A DNA stretch of 63,790 nt, filler included, from Trichosphaerium sp. ATCC 40318 (Eukaryota > Protista > Tubulinea), in NCBI GenBank assembly GCA_038496445.1. It is 5 parts of 5 records of this genome, joined end to end, with 100 filler letters (N's around TTAATTAATTAA, not from the genome) between each part and the next. Parts side by side here need not be neighbours in the genome. Positions count along the whole stretch, not along the records: positions 17,218 to 41,184 come from JALMLS010000088.1; 4 more parts are not named here. The stretch is one strand, 5' to 3'. The position numbers and the translations under genes were made by a program. Below are positions 22,885-34,526 of the stretch, piece after piece; position 1 is the first letter of the stretch; every line of letters starts with the position of its first letter. A model generated the notes under the pieces. It worked only from the letters and a program-made list of their open reading frames with translations. It was not told where the DNA came from and made no database searches.

Positions 22885-25391
22885 CTACAAAAACTCTTTT
22901 AGCTTATCATTATGTGATGCCATGTACTGCAACAATACCAAGGATACAATAGCGAAAGCCATTACTACGCCTGCGACAATTAAAGCGCATGATTGGCTCA
23001 CAACGCCCTAAAGAGTAAAATTAGAACCCAAAACAAGAAAATTTAATTTATTTAGCGTACCTCGTTTCTCACATAATTCTGTTTTTTGGCTTTTGCTTTT
23101 TCTCTTGCTTGTTTGTTTCTTAATTTTTTCATCTTTTTCCGATTCTTTCGCCTTTAAAGGTATATTAGTAATAGCTCAGTGCAAAAAAGTAACCAAGGAC
23201 ACAAGGAAAAAACAGAAGTTGAAAAAAGAGAAGAAAAACAAACATTTGCATGCCTGAGCCTTGCTGCAGAAACAACAGCCTTATCCTTCTTTTCTTTTGT
23301 TGCTTGCGGAGTAGTAGGCGACTGAGCCTTTTTGACTGTTTTTCCTTGACGCTGACGCAATATACTATAGTCAGTGCTAGTTGTCTAAAAACCAAAGTTC
23401 AGTATTAAACGTTGAGTTATGTTACTTTACCTTGCCGCTCACTGTGGCAGTATTTGATGAAACTTTCGCCTTTACATCTTGCTGCTTCGGTTTTTGAACA
23501 GAAACTTTCTTGACACCCTTTTCTTCTGGTTTTGTTCGTTTAACCAAAGTCCAGCCTTCTTCAACCTGTTCTTGAGGTTGAATCACTTCAGTACTTTGTA
23601 CTTGTTCTTTAGATACATCATCGGGCTCAACAACACTCTCGTCAGCAGCCGGAGCAACAATTTCGTTTTGATCCTTTGTGGGTTGTGACTCCGACTTTGT
23701 TTCCTCTGTTGGTGTTACTTTAGGTGGTTCTATCTTTGGAACAAGCTTCGGTTGTGGTTTTGTTTGTTTTTTAACTACTGGCCGTTTTGGTGCTGCAACT
23801 AGGATAACTGAGCAAGTGTCTTATGAACTATTACATACCTGTTTTTGCTGGGGTCTTTTTAATAGTTGTAGCCTTTACTGGTTTCTGAGAAATTTGCTTC
23901 TTTGTTTTTTGTGTTCTTGCAGCGATTTTACGTCTCTTCTCAGCTGTTGTCAACGGTGATACATTTTTGAAGTCATACACAAATACAGCGTCATTATCGT
24001 TAACACATGCGAGATAAGAATCGTTAGTAGCCAAGAAGACAGTGGAAGATCGTGAGCGTGTTGGTATGGTGTACAAAGTCTTTGATGATTCAAGAGAATA
24101 AACTAAAACATCTTGTGAGTTTCACGCTTTGTGTGTTGGACTAAGTCTATTAAACCTAGTTTATACGCACCAGAAGTACCACCAGATTCTAGACCACATA
24201 TGGCAAGTAACTCATCGGCATTAACAAGAGATATAAATTCAGATTCAGGTAAGTTTCGGAATTCTTTTGTAATCTTGGCTTTGCCATTAGAATAAAGGAA
24301 CGTCTTTACAACGCCATCGAAGTTTACAGTGGCAAAGGAAATGTCTCCATCATCCACTTTCTAAGAAGAAAGACGCCTTAGTGTTTGATATACGAAATAA
24401 AGCGTACCAGAAGAACGAGGTTATCCATGCGGCAATCTTCTTCTGTGTCCTCAATGTCACAGATGATGTCCTTAGATTTCAAATTCCTTTCCATTTATTA
24501 GATTACTGTTCGCCTGATTTTTGAACAAAGCACTAATGCTGTATGTACCAAAATTGAATGAATCCTTCATTATAGCATGCAATCAATACATTTCCAACAG
24601 CGAGTAAATGCATCTCATCAGTTTCATCTCCAGCAAGTTTTCTCTCGCACGTCTTGTCTAGTTTATAGTAGTTAGGATCAACAGTACTAGGAACATAAAC
24701 TAGTTAACGTACTACGTAGAGAGAAGATATTTATATGTCCATCAGCACTCGAACCTTAGATTTTCAATGAAAATAGTTTCACAGAAGTAAAACTTGTCGT
24801 GTCACTCAAAAAAAAACCATGTTCATTTTGACACGTCACGTTTTCATACCACTTGCTAAATATTCATCATTGGTTGCTATTGTATTTATTGGAAAGTCAT
24901 GAGCACTCGCAAAAGTGTGAAGCGATGCTGCCTTCTCAGTTGAAACGTCAACAATTCTGTAACGGATTTTTAGATTTTTGGGTTGTATTTGATGTTAAAC
25001 GCAGCTAGCTCCTTTTACCTCATGTTTGATGCGTCATCACCTAACTGCTGTTACATGGTGACGTGTCATTAATAGACATACCTGTGTATAGCTTGTTATC
25101 TGCTACATGAAGTGCTCCGATAGGAGATTGATGGAGGTGAACAGTCTCTGTTTAAATATGCCCTTAGTAGTTGTTTTATGCACTATACGGTACTTACCTG
25201 ACTCGCTGGTTGTCAAATCGTGAATTAATAGCTTACCGCTAACAAACCCTACGTATAATTTACCTAATGCTATTAGCGACGTCTGTGGTACCTATGGTTC
25301 GCGTACCGGAAGCCAATTTGACGGTTGTAACTTCTTCTGAACATTGCTGTTGAAAACCATTCTTGTAGTTACCAAACGTCCAATTATCCAT
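22885..25391 (-). CDS. WD40-like beta-propeller, Lys/Pro/Glu-rich linker and C-terminal transmembrane anchor; multi-exon
   Basis: Blade-like segments (LHQSPIGALHVADNKLYT, AHDFPINTIATNDEYLAS); KPKVTP-rich region; terminal IVAGVVMAFAIVSLVLL. Confidence 0.55.
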
Positions 25392-25720
25392 CTTAGACCA
25401 CTACTACGCAGATTTGTTTACGAAATTTGATGAGTGTCAACTAATAGTGCACGTTAAGATTGAAACAAAACTACGCTTGTGACGCTAACCTGATCTTTAC
25501 TTTACTTTACTTTTATTCCGGTCAAGTTTCTTATTGACGGTTCTTTGCAAGTATGTTTTACAACGTATTTGTCTTCCCATCATCTTCCCCTTGTCGCCAG
25601 GGCCCCTATTCGGGGACTCACATAAAGTTAGCCCATGAAAGATCATCGACCAAGGTAAACCAGACTGTGTAGAATACCTGCCCAGCTCGGACCGCGCACT
25701 AGCTTCGTATGGTTGCGTCG

Positions 25721-28700
25721 CTAGTCTGTGTTAGTGTTAGTAAGGGTTTTATATTTTTCATGGAAGAGGCTGTTTCTTTTATCGTAGATGCGCTTGTGTC
25801 CGTTGACTATAAGGAGTTGTAGTTGTTTGAGTTTGTCTTTGGTGTATTTTTGGTCATATCCTGCGTATGTGCATGCGTTTATGGTAACGTTTGCTATGTA
25901 CGCTCCTGTGTATGTTTCTTTAGAATATTTGGTTTTCTTTGCTTTTTTGTTTTTTCTTGTTTTGGTTTTACGTAGGTTCTTCTTGATGAATTTATTGATC
26001 TCTTTTGCGTTTTCTGTTCTGATGTCATTGGTGGCTTTGCAGTGGTTTATTATGTGGTTGGTATCTTCTTTAGGGTGTCCGCAGAGTATGCAGCTAGGTT
26101 CTTTGTATTTCTCGTTGAATTCTGCCGTGTTGTGTGGGCCTGTGGCTTTGTTTAGTGCGTATCTCCCACTAAGGTTATTATTTCTTAGTTTGAATTGGAA
26201 GCACGCGACTGTGTCCATAAGTGGAATCTTATCGTATACTATTTGGTTGGATATCTTGTGGCTAATTTGGTTTAGGTAGGGGTATTTCCGTTCCATGTCT
26301 CTTTCGTGTTCACAATTGGTGGCTTCTTTGATGTATTTCCTGACATTCCCTTCGATGATTTTGTTTTCGTGGTTGTATAGCGTGTATTTAAAAGCTACTC
26401 TTCTTTTCGGCATGTTTGGTTTGTTTAGTAACGTTCCCTCTTTGGCTAAGGTATCTGCCTCCTCGTTACCATCCAGAATCCACTCTATGTTTTTCCCAAA
26501 CTGTTTTTCGAGGTTTTTGAGTTCTTTGTTGAGTAATTTGAGTTTTTTCGGTTTGTTTGCGTATTTAGCTTGTTTTTCTTTGACATGGCTAGGTACTTTC
26601 CACAGTTTAGTGTATGCCTTATTTTTGTTTCTTTGGGCTATTGTTTGGGTTATTTCTATGATGAGTGATGCGTTGTATGCGTTTATTCTTTGTGAGTGTT
26701 TCCATTTATTCCAGTTTTCTATAGCCGTGATGACATATTTGGAGTCGGTGAAGAGGTTGATGTTAGAGGTTGTGTGTGTGTTTTTGAGTGCCCATAGTAC
26801 TGCCTCCAATTCGGCAGCATCTACAGTGTTACCTGAGATGCATGGGCATGCAGCATTGGATGGGGAGTTCTTCTCGAAGTATACTCCGAATCCTGCTGTG
26901 TCATTGTTCTCCATTTTGGAGCCATCTGTCCATACATTCAGTGTTTTCTTCGGTTCTATGGGTGGTTCCCATTCTGCGTATAGCTCGTAGTCTTTGAAGA
27001 GTTTTGTTTTGAGATGTGGTTTGATATCTCCGCCTTCGTTGGATAGGAGCGTTTGGAGTTGGTTAACATATGTAGGTATGATGTGTTGTACCAGCTTTGA
27101 GCTGGGTCTGATTTTGTTTTGTGTTACTATGTCTGACCATTTTGTTTTATTGCTCATGCCCAGTCGTGTTAGTAGTTTGTTTCCCTTTCTGGTGACATTG
27201 TTTAGCACTGTTCTGTCTTCAGCGTTAGTTGATACGCAATTTATTTTTAGTTCTTGTAGTGTTTTGGTATAGGTGGTTATTCTGTCATCTTCGGGTTCTC
27301 TGACAGCTAGTAGTGGTATAGACGTGAGGCCTTCAGTGTACTTTCCTCTACCCATTTTGTTTAGATATGTGTTGTCTTCAAGTCTTTGATTTGTGGTTAT
27401 GGCAGCGAGGCTTGCTGTGGGTGCGTTGATAGCGAAGATGTGTGTGGTGGCTATAAAGCTTGTGCGGTTGGTGGTTTTTGGGGGGATGATGCCGAGTCCT
27501 CCTTTATCTGTACGTAACCATAACTGCGCTTGTTTCGTGTAGTAGGTGGTGGGTATTGAGTAGAGGATTGCTTTGGCTAGCCTGTTTCTTAGTAGGTATG
27601 TCTGTTTTGTTGGTATGATATAGAAGTTGCAGTGGAATTGGTACGCTGGGTTTATTATGTTGTTCACTATGTCGATACGGGCTTGTAGGGGCATGCGTTT
27701 GTTTCTGATGATGCTCAGTCCTCTGTCGAAGTTTTTGATCGCCACGTTTTGGTCTCTGGTCCAGTCTAGTTGTGTATTTATGTGTATTCCCAAGTATCTG
27801 TACATTTTCTTGTTTCCTACGTTTTCTATTGTGATTTCTTTGCTGTCGTGTAGGAAGGTGATGGGTTCTTCAGTGTCGATGCCGGTCATGTACTTGGTTT
27901 TTTTGAGATTGACGGATATGCCATTATGTTTGGAGAAGTCAAGAAATAGCTTTAGCATCTGTTTTAAGTTTTCTTTAGACTTAGATATGAAGACTAAGTC
28001 GTCACAGTATGCTAGTAGGGGTATATGTAGGTTTTGGTTATTTTTGAATCTGTATCCGTTGGTGTTTAGTTTGATGTATTCGATTATGGGATTAAGCACG
28101 ATAATGAATAGTAGTGGCGAGAGGACATCTCCTTGGCGTACGCCATTCTTGATGTCAAATTGTTCAGAGAGCCCATTGTTAGTGAGTATTTTGGCTTTTC
28201 CACTGAGAAAGGTTTCTTCTATTGCTTTAATAAATGGTTCAGGTACTCCGTAGTATGTTAGTGTTTGTCTAATGCTCCAGTGTTCTATACTGTCGAACGC
28301 TTTGGATATGTCGACGAAGGTTAGGTGTATATTTTTGGATTTGTATTCTAATTTGTTATCTTCGAGTATATTTGTGAGGTTGATGACATGTCCTATTGTA
28401 GACTTGTTTTTCCTGAAACCATTTTGCAGTTTGGAGAGGAGATTGTTCTTTTCCATGTATTGGTAGAGCCTGTTGTGTAGTATGCGCGTGTAGATTTTGT
28501 GTTGGATGGCTAGTAGCGCTATGGGTCTGTAATTCTTGGGGTTTGTTTTAGATTGGCCTTTTTTGTGGATGAGATACAGGATTGAAGTTCTCCATGCTTC
28601 TGGCGTGGTTCCTTTTTCAAAGCAGTGTTTCATAACTGTTTCTAGTATTTGGTGATATCTCGGGGATAGACTGTTGATTATTTCAGTGGTTATTTTGTCT

Positions 28701-31700
28701 TCGCCTGGTTGCTTGCCCTTTTTAGTATCTTCTACTGCTTTGATGTACTCTTCGTGTGTGATGCTTTGCGTGTTAAGTTTGTTTGTGATGTTTGGTTTGG
28801 TTTTTAGCCACTTGGGAGTTGTATTTGGGTTTGGAGAGCATTTTTGTAGGATTTCTTTCCACGTGTTTACAAAGATGTTCATTATCTCTTTTGGGTTTAC
28901 GGTGTATTCTTCTGTGATTGGATCTTGTAGTAGGTTGGTGTTCGATCTGTGTTTCCTTTGTAGTAGTTTGTCGAAGAAGGCTTTAGGGTCATTGTGGTAT
29001 TTGTTAATGAGGTTTGAGACTCGTTTCTGTATTAGTTCCTTTTCTAGTGTTTCCGTTCTTTGGTTGACTAGTTTTGTGAGACGATTTTTTGCCCATTTGA
29101 GGTTTTTTGTGATTCTATGTATATTGGTTGCGTAGTTAGGTAGCGGTGGCGGTTCAGTTTGGATGTTTTCAGGGCTGAAACTCAACAAGGCATTTTTGGA
29201 CAATGCCTAGGCATTTTCATCAAATAATGCCTTATTTTTTACAAAAATGCCTAGTTTTTGCCTCATTCAAAAAGGCAAATACAGGGCAATGCCTTATTTT
29301 TTGCTCCAAAAATGCCTTATATTTGATGAAAAATGCTTGCATCTGGTACACAAGATTGCAATGGTTTTGCCTGCATATTTTTAGGAATTATGCCCTTCAA
29401 ATTAGGGCATAACTCATGCATCAATGCCTTATTTTGAAGGCAAAAAGTAAGCATTATCATAGTCTACAGTGCCTAATAAACCAGGGCATTTTCAGGTAAT
29501 AACACAACTATTTATTTTATAATACAGTACACATACAATACACAAAACTCCTAAGTCCACATTTGAAAAAACCTTAAAGAAAATATGAGATGGTGTAGAA
29601 AAAAAAAAAAAAAAAACTTACCTTGTAGTGTTAGAATTCCGCGGTCCTGGAAATATCGCGGAGTTCACTCCTACTACTGTTGTAGGTGAAATAGAGTGCT
29701 GCGGTTCGTTTGGCGGTGGTTTCGTCTAATTTCATAAATTACTAAGAGCGCTAGGTGCATATCTATATAAAACGTCAGTAGGTGATGTGAAAAAAAAAGT
29801 GTAAAAGTTGTTTGACTGTTACTTACCTTAAACCACTTCCTTAATGTGATCAGTCCTATGATATAGTATAGGCAATGCCTTATATATGAATTAAAATACA
29901 AGGCATATATTGCTTAAAAAAATAAGGTATAATAAAGGCATAAAGTACTTGCAATACAGGGCATTACTTGATTTTATGCAATGCCAAAAAATGCAATACA
30001 AGGCATTACCTGATTTCATGCAATGCCAAAAGATGCCCAAAAATGCCTGGTATTAATGCCTTTTTGATGAAGGCATTGCCTTTTTGTAAAAATGCCTTAT
30101 TTTATTGGGCATTGCCAAATGCAAATGCCTTGATTTTGCCATCTAATGCCAAATGTTAGGAATATGCATCATTTTTTAAGGCAATGCCTAGCTGAGTTTC
30201 AGCCCTGTTTGGAGATAATGGCAAGGGCTTTTGCTAGGGCTACCTCAGCTTTATTTAGCATTTTTGGTGTGAGTTTTTGATCATGTATGTCAATTTTCCT
30301 TATGTTTCTGAGGGTGAGGGATTTCGCTGCTTTGAGTTGTCTTAGTTTCTTGTCAGAGTATGTTTTCTTTCTATTCTTCTCGATTGTGCCAAGTTCTGAT
30401 TCGCATTTTTCGTAAATGTGTTTATTTATGAGTTTTACAAGGAGTGAGGCAGATGTATTGCCTTCTTGAGTTAGTTTTTGGAATTCTTTTTCGATTTGGG
30501 GCGTTGTGTCTATGTTGGCGATGAAGTTTGATTGGTTTTCGTCTTTTGAGTCGTATTTGATCGAGGGTTTCATCTGTGGGAGTGTTATTACTTCTTTATC
30601 GGTGTTTAAGTTTGCAAATTTGTACGTGATTTTGACAGGGCGGTGGTCACTGTCTATCGCTGTATTGTGTATTATTCGGTTGTCAAGTACTTGGTGGTAT
30701 AGTGACTTATTTGTGAGAAAGTAGTCAATTCTGGCTTTGGTTCTATAAAAGGAGTGTTCGTCTTGGTTGTCTGCTCCAAATCTAGAGTATGTTCTTTTAT
30801 GTGGGTGTGTTTCTCTGAGGCTGCAGTGGAGGTTGTGTTCTTTGATGAGGTTGTCTAGTTCTTCATTTCTTGATGGTAAGAACGGTTCATTGTTTTTGTC
30901 TTTGCACCATCTGTCTAGTTCTTTGTCTAGTACTACATTGAAGTCTCCTCCTATGATGGTTTCTATGCTTTTCCCTTTATACTTGTTTTTTCTTGTTGCT
31001 ATTATGTCTTTTAGTCTTTTGTAGAATTTTTTTGCTTCATTGGCTGTGCATGGGGCGTAGATGTTTACTACTAGCAGTGCTTTGCGCTTTATTACTAGTT
31101 CGGTGATTATGAAGCGCTTTTCTTTGTCATAGTACGTGTTTGTCACATGTTCCAAGAGATTGTTTTTCACGAGCGTAACAACCCCTTCTGAGGGGGCTGG
31201 GTCGTATCTCGTGTTGTTTGAGTCTTTTTTGATTGATTTTTCGATTTGCTCTTTAGTTTTTTTCTTTTTCCAGTTTACTCGCCTTCTATTGAATGCTTTT
31301 TGACGGCGTTCTTGTTTATTAAGTATATTTATATATTCAGTGTATTCGTCTTTAAGTTTGTTAAAGGTCTTGTATCTATAGTCCTTTTGCTTTAGTCTTG
31401 GTTCCTGTATGAGTATTATGTCAGCCTGGTGGTAGTTCATTTCTTTTTGGATGATTTCTGAGTTTTCTTTCCAACCGCCGTTTATATTTATCGACACGAT
31501 GTTAATTCCTACTCCCTTGGCTTTCGTGGTTCTTTTGTTTGGTTTCTTTTTGTTTTGATGTACAGAGGGATTGTTCTGAGTATTAGGCTTAGGTTTGGTA
31601 GCTCTACGCTTGGCGAACGTGTTGGCATGCTTTCCTGTTTGTTTGTGACGTTTTGGTTGTTTTTCTGTTATTTTCACTCTGTGCGCAAGAGAGACGTGTA

Positions 31701-31824
31701 TTTCGGTAAGAACAGAGGTAATGGGTGCGTTACGTAGCTTGGTTGAGGCTCTAGTATTGTGTTTGCGCTGCCTGCTGTTATCCCTTACAACAGACGCACA
31801 AGGGGAAGGAACAAACTCAGACAT
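25721..31824 (-). pseudogene. LINE ORF2 (APE endonuclease, RT, RNase H, C-terminal zinc finger), split by insertion 29170-30207
   Basis: SINING, LIQE, NIYAP, GGDFN, RIDYFL, SDH (APE); YRPIALL, KAFDSI, GVRQGDVLSP, YCDD (RT); WTDGS, AELEA, FTDS, GNEEAD (RNH); CILC...H...C. Confidence 0.93.
29170..30207. mobile_element. Non-autonomous TIR DNA element, family A, copy 1 (1038 bp)
   Basis: 15-bp TIR CAGGGCTGAAACTCA; TTT target duplication; dense subterminal AGGCAT/ATGCCT motifs. Confidence 0.93.
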
Positions 31825-32048
31825 ATTTATGTATGGGTATACGAGGCGTTACAGATTTATTAGAGGAAGAGTACAATTGGGAATTATTGTACTTCATCTT
31901 GAGGTAAGGCAATGTCACCGCGTCTTGCTTTCTTGTTGGATCCTTCTTCTTTGTCTTCGCGTTTACGTTTGGCTTCAGCGGAGAGGTTGGTGTCTTTTGG
32001 TTGAGGAGGTTGTTCTGGCGCTGGTTTCTCTTCTTTTTCTTTTTCAGT

Positions 32049-33085
32049 CAGGGCTGAAACTCAGCTAGGCATTGCCTTAAAAAATGATGCATATTCCTAA
32101 CATTTGGCATCAAATGGCAAAATCAAGGCATTTGCATTTGGCATTGCCCAATAAAATAAGGCATTTTTACAAAAAGGCAATGCCTTCATCAAAAAGGCAT
32201 TAAAACCAGGCATTTTTGGGCATTATTTGGCATTGCATAAAATCAGGTAATGCCCTGTATTGCATTTTTTGGCATTGCATAAAATCAAGTAATGCCCTGT
32301 ATTGCAAGTACTTTATGCCTTTATTATGCTTTATTTTTTTAAGCATTATATGCCTTGTATTTTAATTCATATATAAGGCATTGCCTATACTATATCATAG
32401 GGACTGATCACATTAAGGAAGTGGTTTAAGGTAAGTAACAGTCAAACAACTTTTACACTTTTTTTTTCACATCACCTACTGACATTTTATATAGACAGGC
32501 ACCTAGCGCTCTTAGTAATTCATGAAATTAGACGAAACCACTGCCAAACGAACCGCAGCACCCTATTTCACCTACAACAGTAGTAGGAGTGAACTCCGCG
32601 ATATTTCCAGGACCGCGGAATTCTAACACTACAAGGTAAGTTTTTTTTTTTTTTTTTTCCCCATCTCATATTTTCTTTAAAGTTTTTTCAAATGTGGACT
32701 TAGGAGTTTTGTGTATTGTATGTGTACTGTATTATAAAATAAATAGTTGTGTTATTACCTGAAAATGCCCTGGTTTATTAGGCACTATAGACTATGATAA
32801 TGCTTTCTTTTTGCCTTTAAAATAAGGCATTGATGCATGAGTTATGCCCTAATTTGAAGGGCATAATTCTTAAAAATATGCAGGCAAAACCATTGCAATC
32901 TTGTGTACCAGATGCAAGCATTTTTCATCAAATATAAGGCATTTTTGGAGCAAAAAATAAGGCATTGCCCTGTATTTGCCTTTTTGAATGAGGCAAAAAC
33001 TAGGCATTTTTGTAAAAAATAAGGCATTATTTGGATGAAAATGCCTAGGCATTGTCCAAAAATGCCTTGTTGAGTTTCAGCCCTG
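32049..33085. mobile_element. Non-autonomous TIR DNA element, family A, copy 2 (inverted relative to copy 1)
   Basis: Same TIR; 3-bp TSD AGT (32046-32048, 33086-33088); near-identical reverse complement of 29170-30207. Confidence 0.95.
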
Positions 33086-33494
33086 AGTGTTCTTTTCAGG
33101 TTCGTTTTCGTTTTCTTCTTCTTGTTCTTCGTCAACTTCCATGTGGTCGTAATCAGCCCAGAGAGGATTCTTGACGTCAACCTTGTCTTCGATAACAAGG
33201 AGTCTACGAGCATGGCATCCTTGTTCAGCAGCTGTTTCGTTTGCGCTTTGTAGAAGTTAGTGGAAGGGTAGTTGAGTTGTGTTTTGGAGAGGGTTTTTTC
33301 GTACAAGTTTTGGACTTGTTTCATCAAGCCAGTAAGGAGGTTGGTAACACGAGCAAGTTTGTCCAGTTTCTTCTGGATGGCGTTCCTGTACTTGTCGTCA
33401 AGCTTCTTCTCATCGGTGTCGCGGTGTCGGTTGTTGAAGTAATCCCATTCCTTGTCGTACGGTACAGGACAGTTCTTGTAAAGGTTGCCTACAT

Positions 33495-34526
33495 CAGTAG
33501 TAAAATAGAAATGGGAATTTTTAAGTAATCCACCCTGTTTTCCTATGGGAAAAGTAAACGGAAAAACTCTTCCTTAATTCCCATTGAATTTATATGAAAT
33601 TCCGTAAGTATTACTCATAGAATTCTTAGAATATTACTTTTGGAATTGCGTATGTATTTTATATAGAATTCTCTATGTATTCTTTATAGCATTTCTTAAT
33701 GTATTTTTTGTAGATTTCAATAAAAAATACTTTATAAATTACACAAAATATTATTTAATACTTTGGTTCAGATTTAATGCAAAGTCATTTTATTTATTGA
33801 TCATTACAAAATACAAACATCCTAAATAATACGTACAAGTTAAATACATCGTGTTTTCATAAATGAAAGAAGTAATTTGATCACATTTGGTTTTGAGAGC
33901 CTGAACAATAATTAATGCGTTTGTAAATGCTAAATTAAGAACGCGTAGGGTTTTTTGATAAATTAAGTGGAAATAAGCTTTAAAAACAACGTACTTGGAG
34001 TTAATGCTTTAAATACATTCTTTAATGGTGTAATAAGGCTGTTGCAATGCTTTAATCATCCTAAAACAGATAAGTAAGAGATATTTATGTTTAAGTGATT
34101 TTCCAAACCACCTAAAACGCGTTCTCCGTTACTTTTTGGATTAACGCACTTTAACCTGTACCATTGGTTTTTTCACCTTTAATAATAGCATGTGGATATT
34201 GTTCGCTAGAAAAACCTATGTACCTAAGGTGTTGATGGTTTTTTGCAAATATAAAACTAAACCCTAACCCTAACTTAATTTGTACTTTCATAAACCTCAA
34301 CCCTAGCCCTAACCCTAACCCTAACTAAATTAGTACATTATTTGGTGGATTTTGTACAATAATTCTGAAAATTCCGTATTTAAGGGAATATTATGGTAAT
34401 CCTATCAAAAATCCTGCCATAAAAAAAAATAAAAATAAGAATTCTTCACAAATTACCTTAAAAATCCCTAAAACAAAGGAATTTAGTGGGATTTATATCC
34501 AAAATCCCGTTTTCATTTTACCACTG
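33495..34526. mobile_element. Non-autonomous TIR DNA element, family B (1032 bp), with internal CCCTAA repeats
   Basis: Imperfect TIR CAGTAGTAAAATAGAAATGGGA / CAGTGGTAAAATGAAAACGGGA; 2-bp AT TSD; excision restores the ORF1 frame. Confidence 0.88.

Noticed and set aside
25788-29135. Long hydrophobic + strand ORFs opposite the LINE
   Set aside because: Antisense shadows of an A-rich coding strand; no motifs.
29170-30207. Family A as an introner spliced out of ORF2
   Set aside because: The TTTCAG acceptor-like end exists, but no terminal GT/GC donor restores the ORF2 frame.
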